A DNA stretch of 64,000 bases from Bugula neritina (Eukaryota > Animalia > Bryozoa), in contig OZ037765.1 in assembly GCA_964035545.1 (NCBI GenBank), positions 29,883,504-29,947,503 on the forward strand, read 5' to 3'. The position numbers and the translations under genes are program-made. Shown piece by piece: positions 43,600 to 57,991 of this stretch. Under the pieces are notes generated by a model. It made no database searches. It was not told where the DNA came from and was given only the letters and a program-made list of their open reading frames with translations. Position 1 is the stretch's first letter. Every line of letters begins with the position of its first letter.

Positions 43600-43670
43600 A
43601 GTGTACAGGGTGAATGACTCTAGCCCCAGTGGCCTCACAACCCTTTCTAACCACTGGCCCACCATAACCT
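43600..43670 (-). mobile_element. Degenerate tRNA-derived SINE head
   Basis: Minus strand reads GGTGGGCCAGTGGTTAGA...GGGGCTAGAGTC (A/B-box-like). Confidence 0.35.
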
Positions 43671-43898
43671 TAAGTTAACCCAGTTTTGACTTTGTGTACT
43701 GATGGCATCAGAGATAGGCACTGATTGAACTACGATCTCTCATCTCATTACAACTGCATTGATAGTAGTTAGTAATAAAGATATAGTGCTCACTTCTTCC
43801 AATATTTATTTAATACTCCAATAGGGGATTGTAATCTCCTTAATTTATTGACTATTGATAAACTTTGTGTTTGCAAAAGATGTTTTAATTGCATTACC

Positions 43899-46800
43899 CT
43901 ACCTTCTTTTACATAATAGTCGTTTGAAAGCTAATCTAAAGTCCCTGTTGAATATACTATACAGAACTGGGTTAACAGCCGAGTTACAGTAACCCAACCA
44001 AAATATCACAAGGAATCCTTTTGTGTCCTTCAGGTTATATGAACAAACTGTGTCAATAAGATAAGTGATAGAAAACGGCAGCCAACAGATTAGAAACGCT
44101 GCCACGATGATGGCTATGGTGACCGTGGCACGGCGCTCTCTCTGGTAGACCCTTTTCACGTGTTGCTGATCTTTGAGGAGCCCTTCGGCTTGTCGATTCT
44201 CATACTGGTCTTTAGATCTGCTGTACTGCCGATGCATGAATCTAGAAGCAAATATTGTGAACTTCCTCTTCCTGTGAGGATCTATGACCGGATAGTCTTG
44301 TGAATAAAGTTCTGACGAAACTGATTCTTTTGTTGTGTTGTTGTTCTCGCTGACTGGCGGATTGGAGTCGGTTGAAGTCGTCGAGTTGTTGGTCGCTGTC
44401 GAGTTGTTTACTTCTGTCATGTTGGTCGAGTTTGTATTCTCAGTAGTTGTCTCTACTTGTTTATGTTTGTTAGCTTGAACATTTTGTATCGTTCCGAGTC
44501 GGATATGTTGGTTGGCTCTTCTACAATATAAATTACAAAGGCAATAAGGAGATTTCTAAGACATCATGTTGTAAGGTTTGTAACTTGAGCTAAATGCAAC
44601 AAACAAATTATAGTCGATATTTTAATAACAGTACGGAAAGAGACCTATGATAGCGGAATTGGCTGTATTGATTAAGTTATCAGACCAGAGAACCTGTTTT
44701 AATCATGCTTTTTTTTATGTTTTAAACAGCATCGCAATATGAGTAAAAAATCTATATTTATTAATATTTTATTGGCAGTAATGAATTCTGAGACAGAATA
44801 CACACGCAAATGAATGCACACTACATAAATGCAAATGAATAGACATTGTACATGGACACAAGTGGATATATATTATACATGCACACACAAATAAGTATAC
44901 ATTATACACACGCAGATGGATATATAACACATTATAAACATGCAAATGAATTGTAGAGGTGTGCAAAATATAATATGTATTTGTGTCATCCAGTCAATGG
45001 TGCATTTCACAAAATATTGAGGCTTTGAAATACAGCCCATCTACCAAAGTCAATATTTCAAGTTTCTCTAAAGTATATAAAACAATTTTTCACTTGTTTG
45101 CATTCATATCCTACTAGTAATACGGGTGTCTTGAAGAAATTATATAAACTAAAGTTATAAATTGAATAAACAGCTTAATCGGATGCAAAAATCTACACAG
45201 TAAAATACACTTGAAACTTACATCGAGCTAATTACTAGATATATACCTAAACTTTTTCGATATATTGATTTTCTAGCATTGCAACATGTGATCCTATTTC
45301 TTATATTAGTTTTAAGACTTCAAAAGGTGCTTGTGTTGCTTTCATTAAAAGCTCTTGAAATATATTTCACACGGGTTAGCAAAGAGTTAAATAGATTACA
45401 ATAATTAGTAGACAGTTTTAATATATGTAATATGTTATTATACACCATGATATGTAGTGCAGTCATAACAGATTTATCTTTTGTCTCCCTTCAAGCTTCA
45501 ATGTTTGAATGCAGAACTTAAAACATAAATCCTAAAGTTGTAATAATGTTCATTTTAGATCTTTCAACAATTTTGTGTACGCCTCAACTACATGATGAGC
45601 TACAGCCCTGTAACTGTGGAAATATACTTTAATTCAAGATAAATATAATGACCTTGCTAACAAAAAGAGCTGGAGCCTAAACTCATATGACTCTGAGATT
45701 GTTCGCCATAAAAATCCTAAAACCACAGAGCAGTTGCATAACACTATGTAAAACACAAATTTATGTTCCTATATTTTATACCAATAACTACAAAATAAGT
45801 TCAGCATGTTTTAGGAAAAGAAGCAGCCGTGATGTAGTGATTAGAGTGCTGGCCTAGTAAACACGAGGTCAGTGGTTAGAGTGAAAACACCAGCAGTGAT
45901 GTTAGGAAGAGAATCTAGTCATAATTGCTCCTGTGCCACATATGAATAAGTCCTTAACTTGCTAAAAAACCTTTCTATTAGCGGTTCTCACAGGGATGGC
46001 GACTATAAACCCATGTGAGTTTGTTTTAGAAAAGCTCAAAACGTGCTTAACTATGCAAATGGAACTTACATGCGAAAAACTACAAAGTTTGCTTATGCGA
46101 GCGACGTTAGCAGAGTAACTACTTTATATTCAATAATGAAAATAAGTGCAGCAGATAATGAGCTAAAGGAAATTGAACAGGTGAAGTGGACCCTCGAGTA
46201 TGAATACTCAAATGGCTTCGAGTGTTTTCTGTAACTGCTTACCCAGATACAACCTGTGTGTGTAACTGCTGCAGTTTTTCACAAACTTTATCAAAACTCT
46301 TGAGAATGCGATAGTAGACAGCATATGCCTACACATAATGGGAAGATACAAGCTGACTAAAGTTGGCTTGACTACGGATTCCTTGAAGAAAATTTTACAT
46401 ATAACTTTAAGCCTAGGGCCACACGGTGCGTATTTTCGCATGCGAAAATTGAAATCACAAGTAGCAAAGGTGTCCACTGTAGCGCCAGTGATGCTTGATA
46501 AATAAAGCTTTCATTTTTAAATCGCACTCGCTTTCAATAAAACGCAATTTACTGGAATGTAGCACTAAAATAAAGAAGTTGGGCTCGCTGAATAACTATC
46601 AGCCAATTAGGTGACGACGACAGAGACGATTCACACTTGCGTTGAGAATGCAGAGCGACAAGTGCGAAGGTTTTCTCAACGCGCACAGTGGACACCTTTG
46701 CTACTTGTGATTTCAATTTTCGCATGCGAAAATACGCACCGTGTGGCCCTAGGCTTAGTCTACCACAACATATGATTTGCCCCAATATTTATGTAATGCT

Positions 46801-47906
46801 GCAATGTATACTTTACTTGAGAATGAAGCAAGTTTATGTCGCTCAGACTTAACCTTTTCATTGAAGCTGTGATTTAAATTTTGATTAAATACAAAATAGC
46901 CTCGTCAAATATGAAAATCTGTAGAGGTGGCTTTAAACAATATGCACAATACCTGGGGCTTTTTGCCTGCCCTCACATTTAAGACTTTAATATTTAAGTG
47001 CATCACGTGCTTACAAAGATGCCTGAATTTTCTTATAGGCAATGCAGCTCACCTAAACTAGACTATAACTAGTCTAAGAAGTTGTCTCCCCGACTATGCA
47101 GTTCTACGGATACAGCAGTCAGGAATGGAATATAGCAAGCCTTTTCATGAATAAATATTGCAATTTTTAATTTTTTCAACTACATTTATATTTGGGTTTT
47201 TTATAACTTACCTCCGAGCCACTTGAAATATTCGAGCATAAGCTATCATTATGATGATCATCGGTATATAGAAGGAAATAGTCAGTGAGTATATAATGTA
47301 GCCGAGCTCGTCTGCCAAGTTGCATTGCAAACTATCTAACTCATCGGCAGGTGTATCTGACGCCCAACCCGCGAGTGGCGGTACGGAAACTACGGCTGAT
47401 GTAATCCATATCCCAACTATAGCAATGTTCACTCTTTTAGATGTGCGTATCTGAGGATATTCCAGAGCTTTTGTGACGCTCCAATACCTGTCCACACTCA
47501 CCACCACCAAACTCAACGTGGATCCTGTGCACAGAAAGACATCCAAGGCCAACCAAATGTCACACACTATTGTCCCCAGTGCCCAGCAGCTCAGCACTTC
47601 CATGTGGAGAGATAGTGGCATGATGAATATGCCGATGCACATGTCTGCAAAAGCTAGAGACAGGATAAATCTGTTTTGTAGAGACTGCTTTAGTGTTCGA
47701 TCTTTTATTACAGCTAATATAACCATAGAGTTACCGAATATTACTGTCAGTATAATTGATCCGAGGAATATGCAGCTCAAGATAGCATTTAATTCCCATA
47801 TATTTTCTGCTGAGTTATTCCCCAGTCCACAGTGAGCAACAGATGAGGGTGTTGTGTTTGTATAGTTGCTGTAGTCAGCAGAAATATTATAAATGTCTTT
47901 CTCCAT
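43899..47906 (-). CDS. Biogenic-amine GPCR, alpha2-adrenergic / Oct-alpha2R-like (~438 aa)
   Basis: Exons 47906-47212 and 44520-43899 (phase 2). Motifs GNSMVILAV, SLAFAD, CDIWLALDVFLCT (D3.32), DRYWSVTKALEY, YSLTISFYIP, CWLPFSITY and FWLGYCNSAVNPVLYSIFNRDFR. Confidence 0.92.
44795..44955. repeat. Degenerate ~26-bp minisatellite (ACACGCAAATGAATAGACATT-like) in the GPCR intron
   Basis: Recurrent GCAAATGAAT / ACATTATACA motifs. Confidence 0.55.
45820..46022 (+). mobile_element. tRNA-derived SINE, copy 2
   Basis: Same head, GTGATGTTAGGAAGAG core and TCTCACAGGGATGGCGACTATAAAC tail as 25118-25325. Confidence 0.8.
46408..46757. mobile_element. Young MITE with perfect 73-bp terminal inverted repeats
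   Basis: 46408-46480 is the exact reverse complement of 46685-46757. The ends fit a TA or TWA target site. No coding capacity. Confidence 0.93.
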
Positions 47907-50900
47907 GTTATTTCTGAGCAATATAAGTATATTCTAGCTTCTAAACTCCAACTCTATAAATAGTAGCAAACCATTTAGTAATAACTTATATAACAATTCA
48001 AATAGTGACCTCTCCTTTTTAGCCCAAGCTTTCCAAGACCAATATATCAAGTGAATGTAGTCGTATCATTTTCACTATTTTCTACTAGCCTATGAAATAA
48101 TACTTACAGAGTAGTATGTTTTTATACTGAGCTGTAGCTTAACACAGAATTGTCCACTAACCAATAAAGGGCTACTTCTTTAATACTGTATAATTTGCTG
48201 ATGTTCAGCATAATTATGAGGTAAATAGGCTTAGTCTAAAGTAAAAGCTTGCTATAGTAATTCATTGTAACCAATATTGATTAATTTGTTAAACAAACTA
48301 CATTTCCAAAGATTTCTGATAAACCTGTGATTATCTTTAGATAGTGATGAGTTGAAAGAGTTGCTAAATGCACACGTACACTCCAGGCAGCACACATCGG
48401 CAGCACTCTCAATTTCTCCACTGAGTATTCTTCATTTCCCCCACATTGTAAAATCAATGTACTCACATAGCTCCTGTCGCACACACTAAGTGCTACTAGT
48501 ATAGTTCACATTTACTCAATAAATTCATAACGTATACTTTATTAAATCCCTCTTTACCTTTTCATCAATGGGCTAAGTAAAAATAATCTGAATATATTAT
48601 GCAGTGTGCAAATAATGAATATACGTAATCTGTTCTCAAAGTTATTATACAATCTAATGGTCCTCAGCCTGCACTCACATGCTCTTTAAAGAGGTTACAT
48701 TATTATTACTGCTGTGCTGTAATAAAATTTCTACTCAGCATTCATCTATAGGAAAACTTATCAATATGCTTTAGATTTGTTACATGAAATACTATTGGCT
48801 TATCACAATATGCTATTGGCTAATGAAAAAAGCTTTCCATTATCAATTTGGAGACTCTGTGTTTTATATTTTGTGGGCTGCTAACTCTAAATTTATATTT
48901 TGGATGAATTTTTCCAACACCAGTTTTTGAAAACACTGAAATGACACAATCAAGATTTTACCATTTAGTATATTTTAAAAATATTTTTGTTATAAAACTT
49001 AAATAGCACTGTTTAAACATGTTGAATTATCACAACCCCTAAATCTGTGTACAATTATCATTTGTAATTGCATGTGTGCAATGTATTATAGCTGAATTTT
49101 ATTATTTTTTTGGTGACAATTACAGATGGGAATCTACTTTTAAAAGTTTTCTACCATTAAGCATTTTTAGATTTGTGGGAATCTTTAAATTTGCAGATCC
49201 TAATCAAAATAGTCTTTTGTAAAAAAAACATCTATTCGATGATTTATAAAGACAGAAGTTCCAAAAAAGGTCGATCATCTAAACTTACCTATGTAAGTTC
49301 GTTTAACCTCGTAGATCTTATCAAGCTGATGCATGGATGCAGATATTTCTATTCAGTATAAATCTCAAGCCTGTTGATGCAAAAAATTTTAGATAGCACG
49401 AATGAAAACACAAAACTCAAATGGCAATTGAAAATTTGAAATGCATTTCATCAATAAATGAATTAAACATTTTACATCAATATCATTTGTTAAAAAACAG
49501 CAAACATGTAATGTATACCATCAATTCACCAAACTAAAACCAGTAGCTCACTGTAATATTATCACACATCATATTTAAATATAAGCACATCTGGCAATAT
49601 TTTCACCAATTAATCAATATAGTTACTTTAATTTTGCAAATAATACAATAAAAAATAAGTTTAACAAGAATCAAATTGACGTCACTGGCTGTAGAAAAAC
49701 AGGTGGGCGATACTTTGTTGTGGTTGTTTCTACAGCAAACTAAATTTAATACTTTGTCTTACTAGGTAGTTTAAATTTTCTATTTCTGTGCGATTGGAAA
49801 AGCAGAAAAAGATTTTTATAAAGCTGCAGTATTATATTTTCAATATAGATGAAGTTTTGTAGTTTTTTTTTAAAACATGTTCATTTGAGCTGACTAAAAA
49901 TGATAAGACATCACGATGATAAAATTATTGTATCATTTTATTCTGCGTAAAAGTCATATAGTTTTATTACATTTGTTTGCAATTAAATGAGCCTGCTTTT
50001 TACATTAAAAGTATTATTGCAGGTATCATGGCTACCATGTTACAAACAACTGAAAAGTAATATACGATCATCAATCTTTTACATCTATTGCTTAGGTTTA
50101 ACTTTTTGCTAAAGAAAATAAATGGTGTATAACCTACTATCCTGTGACCCAATAAAGCTCAATCAGAAACATTGGATTCTCTAAACAACAAATTTTGATG
50201 TTGCTGGCAAAGATGTTTCACAACAATGTCTAAAAATATCTACAATAGTATTGAAGATTTATAACATTTTCATTATCTGTAGCTTTAATAAACTTGTATA
50301 CACTTATATAAAGCATATGTAATTTGATGAATTTAACTTATATATATTTTATGTTCCCGCAATAGTTCTAAACATATAATATATCTAACATTCATTTAGT
50401 TGATTACAGTTTTCCAGCATGTTATATTCATTGGCAATAACTTTGCTGATGGTAATAGTCCATTGTGTTGTTCTCTATAAGGTTTAGATAGCTTATATTT
50501 GTCTCAACTCTCACATTCCAGCTTCTAATGACTAACTGTTGGTATTTATCTTTGCTACATAATTATGGACAGACTTAATTACCACGCCACTGCAACTACT
50601 TCACCTCAATTTCTTCTAAGGAGACCAGCTATAGAAGAGTATTGATATAATAATTAGAGCATACACTTGCACACACCATTTATAGCATAGATTGTGCACT
50701 GACGCTCATTGCTCATATAGAAAAATATACCAAAGTGGAGCTGCAAACTGAAGCTATTATTATAATTAATTACTGAAGCCAAGTATTTTGTTATCAGTGA
50801 ATAAAGAGCCACTCCAGAATTATTAAATTGCGGCATTAAGACTTTGAACAGAGGTCCAAGTACTCTCAATATTGATTCTTGATTTTAAATTCACTCCCAT

Positions 50901-52082
50901 ACACAATGAGAGTCATCAAAATGAAATTTCTTTCAAAAAGGTCAGGTGAATCTTACTGACTTTTATGCTGCCGAAATACAAACGATGCCTAAATGCAAAT
51001 AGCTAGAAGCAAATCAAAACATGTGACAGAAATATAAAGCTACTTATATTATGATACCATTTATTTTCAATATAAATATTATTTATGTATCAACAGCAAG
51101 AAAACAGGAAAATGGAGGACATAAAACAAAGTAATGAATACTAGAATATGAAACCCATGTTATGGATGACAAAGTAAAATTTGAAATCCACAAAAAGCCC
51201 TAGTGTTATAAAATATTACTAAGCGAGTGTAATACATATTATTATGTACATGTAGTGTGTGTGTGTATATATAATATGGTCTAGAAGCATATCATATTAG
51301 TTAAGCTAACTAGGAGTTTAAGTATAAAGTACATAAAGCTAAGGTGGCATTCAAGAGACAATATCTAAGAGTTACCTTCTCTTTCAAAAACTATGCACAA
51401 GTATGCAACAAAGAGGTTATAATTGGATGAAATTGGACCATTTAAATCAATTTTATGAAATTCATTAAAATAATTTCCTATTACCGTAACATATAAATGT
51501 TAATGCTTTATATTTCCATTCACAGCCGCAAACATTGTCCTAGAAGTAGAGGGCAACTTTCACTAAAACCTCAGGAAAAATGTTGGTAAGCTACTGTTTT
51601 AAATAGCATCACGGCAGCAGAAAAGAGAAATAAAATAATATATTACTTACAGTTTCCAATAACTTAACATAAACATTATTTAAACTGATCAAATCCTTTT
51701 TCAAATATTTAATAAGTTAAACTTTTTTAAAATTTACGATTTTCTTCATTGAGTGTAAATTCTGAATTAAAGCAACCGAAAATTTTGCATTTTTTCAAAA
51801 TACACTCGGACCATATCATCCAGTTGTTATATATTCATAATGTTATTCACCACAAAGACATACAAAATAAATTCTATTTTACTAGTATATTAGCATTTTT
51901 AGTCTTAGCTATTGGAGAAATCTACTAATTCTTGAAAAATAACAATTTCAAATAGGCTATATATTTTTTGCCCGCAGAATTGGAAGAATAATTACTAAGA
52001 AAAATTCTCAGTATAGTTTTCAAAACAGTTGTATAAATAATACATTTCTTTGTATTGCACACGTTTTTCTGTAGTAAATTGT

Positions 52083-54275
52083 TCAACTTATTTTAGTAGC
52101 TAATCTGGCATTGTCTTTGTTCAACTTCTGTTGCTCTTTGTCTTGATTTCTCTTTTGATGCTCTGCTAGCCTTCGCTCTCTCTCTGCCTTGCGGGTTTGA
52201 CGGGCCATCAGTTCCGTCTCCTCTAGTGAGATGTCCTCACCATCCCAGGCTCCTGTGGAGTCATCCCACTCCTCCAGCTCCGTAGACTAAAGACATAGTA
52301 GAAATGCTGGTACAACTCATCACCACTGCTACTAGGCATTATATAGGTTTTACTTCGTTGAACTAATAATGTAATTATTTTCCACTATATAGTTTTAAAT
52401 GCAACTTAAATCTGATGAAATTCTAAATTTATTGAATAAAAAATTTTTTATTTATTCTAAAATTTAAAACCGAGTTTAATGCTGATAGAATGTAGACAGA
52501 TTCACAGCGACTGTTAAATATTATTTCACCATAGATAAGACAACTTTCAAAATTTACATGGTTATCACTAACACTATGAGGTTAAGAGAAAATAACATTA
52601 ATGAGGGTTTAAGTCCAAATACCCATAGCCAAAAGGTCATTGAACTGCATGATAACAAATTGTAAAAATATTTCATGATTAAGCAAAGCAAATGTTCCGA
52701 TAATTTATTTCTTGTTCAGCTAGAGATAAAATTTCAAAATTTAGTAATACCGTAGCAATTTTTAGCATATCCAAAGACTCTAAACAAAAAATTAGAAATA
52801 AAAAAATGCAAGAAACAGACCGTTGTACAAGAATTTGTATTTAATTTATACACCGGAAATATATGTAATAGCAAAATAATATAAACATTAAAGTCTTTTA
52901 ATTACAACTTGAAGATAAATTCCTTAAATTTTACAAATTGGGTCAGGTGAAAATAAATAGAGAAAATAGCTCTAGTATGATTAAAATCTCTTACGATAGG
53001 AGCAGCTAAATCTGGAGTGAACGCAAGTCTATTGGATTGTTGGGAAGGTTTCTGGGTGTAGGCTCCACCAACAGGCTTAACTAGTACCTGAAATAGAAAC
53101 AATATTTATTCAAGCATCACATTAAAAGCTATTATAAATTTCCATCTTTAATAGGATTATCAACTCTATTATTTTAATTTATTGTTTCTTACATAAGATA
53201 TCAATTCTATATACTCCACAAAAAATTACAAAGATATTAAAAAATAAACTATCTGAGATGAATGTTAAACACCAACACAAACATTTTCAGAAAATAATCA
53301 TTAATTTATAAAAATATCAGTACTAATATGCTAATATTCTAGTTAATAATTTTAATACATAATTTGACGATAAACATTTTTAAGCTTTTTCATAAACTAA
53401 ACCTATTTTGTACAACAAAGCTGCTGTTTACTAAATAATTGCTACCTTCTTTTGTTTTTTTATAGTAGGTGCTAGACCGAGATCTGAGAAGTAATCTGGC
53501 TCAGGTTCAGGGTCGGGTTCCTGTGACGGTCTCGAACCGATCCGACTATGTTGCTTAGGTTCTTGAGAGAACTTAGACTCCTGGGAAACATGCGGAGCTG
53601 CAAGCTTATCCCAGTTATCCCAGTCTGTAAAAACTTCTTCTGCCTCAGCTTCTAGCTCATTATAGCCGTCAGGGCCAGGTAACTGTTGGTATTAGAAGCA
53701 ATGAATTCGCATTTCAAATATCAAAACTAGAGTATACAATAAGATACTTTAATTTATCAAAATTCTATAAAAAATTAGTTTTATTCAATATGGCCATCAT
53801 AACAATTTTATTCTAATCAGAAATTTTGTGTGAAGAGTGGTCACAACAAATCATTTGCATCACATGAACGTCTATTGTATAAATAATTTCATAATTAAAT
53901 AAACTTGGCTATAGTATCACTCATATTATCATCGCAAACATTTGTAAATTTTCAACGATAAGCTTTTAGCATGCACTTGTCAATATACACACTGACTTTA
54001 ATCATATTGCTAACTTGAAATAAATACAAATAAACTTTGGTAGTGAAAATACAGTCACATACCACATGACTAGAATGATCGACTGGTGAAGGCGGAATTT
54101 CAAAATTGTTAGAGAGCACCTGTGTTGGCATGTCAAGCGTTGACTGCTGTATATGAGTTGGGAGTATTGAACCTGAATTTCTTCTTTTACGACTTAGAAA
54201 ACATAACGCTCGCTTAAACAGCGCTAGAAAACCCACAAACATAGATTTAACTAGCTTCCCTAGAGCGGTTATCAT
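52083..54275 (-). CDS. EBAG9: EBAG9 / RCAS1 homolog (~248 aa)
   Basis: Exons 54275-54063, 53682-53446, 53087-52995, 52286-52083. N-terminal hydrophobic segment then FKRALCFLSRKRRNSG, DWDNWD, EPEPDYFSDL..PTIKKQKKV, SNRLAF, ELEEWDD..AW, a coiled coil ERERRLAEHQKR and C-terminal LATKIS*. Confidence 0.9.
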
Positions 54276-55555
54276 TTCTTCAACTTTTGGCTTCTGCAAA
54301 TAAAATTATTATACAAACTATATATTATAAGTAAAGGCAATTCAAACTTGAACTGTGTACATGATCATAACTGATTGAAAGTTGGAATCAAAAGCAACAC
54401 CAACTACCACTCATACTTTCAAAAGTTCATCAATATATAATGTATAGGCTATTGAAATTTTTATTTTGTACTGCAAAACTGCACAAATGGGCAACTAATT
54501 TACCATCAAAACTAGATTTACATTGGTATTATTTTCCACAACATAATTACGGTCAAAATGAGCTTAACATGATTTATAAAGTTGAAGTTTTACAAAACCG
54601 ATTTTAGTTTGATTGATTTACCTTTAGTTTTAAAAAACTTGGTCAAAATTAACAAAATTTCATAAGAAACAATTTTACATTTCGAAAATTAAGATTACAA
54701 TTAAAGCAAACTTTGAACCATGTTTAATGTATCCAATTTATTATTGGATACATTATTATACCAATGGGTGAATATATAAACTCATATTGATATTTAATAC
54801 AAAATAGATAACCCAAAAGAAACTGTATTACTATCAACATGAGCATGATACTGGTACCCATTTAGTTTTATATTAATAAAGCTAATTCCAATTGGAACTG
54901 AAAGCAGTTAGACTAAAGGCAAAGCAGTTATTGGATATAAAATTAAATATCAATATGAATATTCATATTGAATATCAACATTGATATAAATTTGGAATAA
55001 GAACATCAGACTAATAGTAATGATTAGATCAAATTCAATATTTATATTGATATTTTAAATTTAACTATCATATTCATATTATGAATAATTATGGCTATCA
55101 AATTGATTTGAATATTAATATGAATATTTGACTCTGTCTTTTTTAGTAGCTCAGTAGTCGTAGACGCAGTACAAGTGGCAGTGCTACTAATACTACCACT
55201 AGTAGACGTAGTACTAGTAGTTGCACTTGTTGACGGGCGCACAATCATCAGACACAATTCTTGACAATTACAATCAGTGAATAACATTGTTATCATTGTT
55301 ATTAACAATGATATTCATATTCATATTGACAATGACAAGATGAAGAAGTAGAACTAGAAGTAGAAGGAAAGATAAGCTCACGCAATGTTAAAACTGTAGT
55401 AAAAACAAAAATCCAAAAGCAAAATAAAGTTAGAGCAGCTTGAACCAATAACTATAAGTTTTAAGCATAATTGATATCAATAATAATAACATTAACATCA
55501 AGTGTTCAGTTAGTACTAGTAGTAGTAGTGTTGAAAACCTTCAAGTTGGAATGAC

Positions 55556-55676
55556 TTTATAAGCAGCTCCAAGTTGTGGGTGAATGAGTGCAGCAATTTG
55601 GAGTTCTCGTGTTTGAAATTGTTTAGAATTGCGAACTACTGCACTCAGTCACCCCTAACTTGGAGCTGCTTATAAA
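55556..55676. repeat. 121-bp imperfect inverted repeat (small MITE-like hairpin)
   Basis: 38-bp arms TTTATAAGCAGCTCCAAGTTGTGGGTGAATGAGTGCAG / CTGCACTCAGTCACCCCTAACTTGGAGCTGCTTATAAA with 3 mismatches. Confidence 0.85.
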
Positions 55677-56273
55677 ATTATTCTTTGAGTCGAGGTGAAA
55701 AATTAAAATAGCATCGGCGACATCCGTAAACCTGTTAGAATTTATTAAAAGAATAACTGAGATTATTTTACCTGTTCTAAATTTTTTAAAGCTAACCCAA
55801 TTCTATTATTTTTCTAACCAAAGAGTAGTATCCGTTGTTAACCAAGCTCGGAAAATCTTGTCATTTTTAAAAGCTGTTAAAACTTACCACTTGAAATTTA
55901 TGCTCGAATCTCTTATTCTACAAGTCTTCATTGTGTAAAATTAATTAATGAATATATTTATAACTGCAGCAATAGATATTTTGCTATTATAGAATATCTC
56001 TTTAAAATATATTTTGGTTATTGAGTTTGAACTTTAAAAGTAAACTTAAAAAGGTATTCTATCAATTTTAGGTTGGCTTAGATTACTAGACTTTCAAAGA
56101 CTTTTAGATCAGCATTAGTGAACAATAAAACAGAACTGTTTTTTTTTAAATTGTTTTGTGCAAAGCCAATAATTATAATGAACTGCTGTGTTAGAAAGCC
56201 TTTTACTTCAGCAACAGCTTTATACTTTTTGTTTGAATGCAACCAGTAACACTTACAATGTGTTGTTTTACTA

Positions 56274-57991
56274 CCGTAAAATGGGGTAACTGTAGCCACT
56301 TGGGGTAACTTTGGCCACTTTGGAAAAAATGTTTAAAATGTAGCTGGTGCTATATCTATGAAGTCTAAAAATATTTTAATTGTATATATGCACTGACTGC
56401 AGATTGGTGCATCCTATTCCTGAAAAATAATTGATATACTTATTTGCTGCTTCTTGCTGTCAGCCATTTTCAATTTCCTGTTTGACGACAAGATTTTCAG
56501 CGCTGTCCAACTTTAATCTATTTGAAGGCGTTAGAAAAGCTGGACTCATTTTCTTTTTTGTATTAAAGAACTTTGGTAAGTATTTAACCAGGATATTTGT
56601 AATTTAGGTAAATAAATTGAAATCCAAAATTAAAATATGTGTCTTGAATTCACTGTGTACAATTTTTGACAAATTTGGGGTAACTTTGGCCATGACTAAA
56701 TGGTACTCCAAAGTAGGTTTCTGGCAGCGCTGCAAATTTTCTGTTACTTCAGACACATAGTACATTACTCTATAAAGGCACAATCATTTGATTCACCTAT
56801 ACCCAATGCTTTAGTTATATATTTGAAACAACTTAGAGTCCGAAATATGTAATAATTACATGGGGAATTATACATTTTTGTTCCCAGACAGCAATTTTGT
56901 GTTTAATGTTTTTTTTTATATAAGAATTTGACCATGCATTGTAAAATGTATTTTTCAAGACAATTATACTCAGAAAATATTAAAGAAAAGTAATATCTCC
57001 AAGATATGGTATATCTGAGGAGATCATTGGTTTTGCTTTATTCACAAGAATTGGCAGCTGGAAAGTCTTGACAAGAAGTGGCTAGAAATATGATATTACC
57101 AAAGGAACACTACAAAACAGAGCCGCATGAAGACACAAGCTGAAGCCTGGACGCCAAACTGTGTTATCACAAGTAGAGGAGGTAGCCATTGTTGACCATA
57201 CCTACTACAAAGCTGGCTCAATGGGGCTTTCCATTAGATAAAACAGACTTTCGAATAATAGTCAAGACCTATTTTGACAAATGTGAGAGAAGAGTGCAAC
57301 ATTTCAAAAGCAACTACCCTCAAGATTACTGGAGTCTCAGTTTTATGTCAAGACATAAAGATAGCTTGTCTCACAGGTTGTGCCAAAACATAGCACCGGA
57401 ATGGGCAACAGTTAATTCTGAAGACATTACGCATTATTTAAAAAATCTACAGACAACTGCTACAGCCTATAGTTTGAAAGGGCATACTTGAATTTAAGAT
57501 TAAATTCAATGAAATTTGAACTTGTACAGTGATTTATTCAATGTTGCCAGCAAAATACATGATTTTTTATACATATACAAAAGTTTTTACACTTAATAAC
57601 AATGTACCTCGAATAGCTGTGGTTTCAATGCAATAATTACACTATTATAGCTTGCATTTTGTCTAAAATAATTTTTTTTTGTAGTAATGAAGTTGAATAA
57701 TGTTGTTCTTTAATTTCTAACTGGCTAAAAAAGCTCCAAGTGCTGCTAACTTTAGCTACATGGAGAATAACGACACCGGCCAAAGTTACCCCGAAAATAG
57801 GGTAACTTTGGCCACCTACTTTTTTTAATGCCACAGGAGATCTAGCAGTCCCAAACTGCAAATGGTTCTTTCATTTAGTGCATATGTTGATAAGCTTCAT
57901 TTAGCATCCAAAAATTTTAAAGAATATTGTAATCCTTTCATATGACACCCAAAATATGTCTCAAAACGGCCAATGTTACCCCATTTTACGG
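56274..57991 (+). mobile_element. Internally deleted pogo/Tigger-like DNA transposon
   Basis: TIR CCGTAAAATGGGGTAAC ... GTTACCCCATTTTACGG with TA on both sides. Repeated GGGGTAACTTTGGCC motifs. Broken HTH-psq/CENP-B-like coding remnant at ~57000-57490 (KGTLQNR; PGRQTVLS; QWGFPLDKTDFRIIVKTY..SFMSRHK..LSHRLCQNI). No DDE domain. Confidence 0.88.

Noticed and set aside
46208-46785. Two minus-strand ORFs sharing FRMRK motifs
   Set aside because: Produced by the MITE inverted repeats and their internal palindrome.
47473-47835. Antisense or alternate-frame ORFs over real exons (also 888-1172, 3053-3274, 32047-32346, 58850-59167)
   Set aside because: Shadow ORFs of coding exons with no independent motifs.
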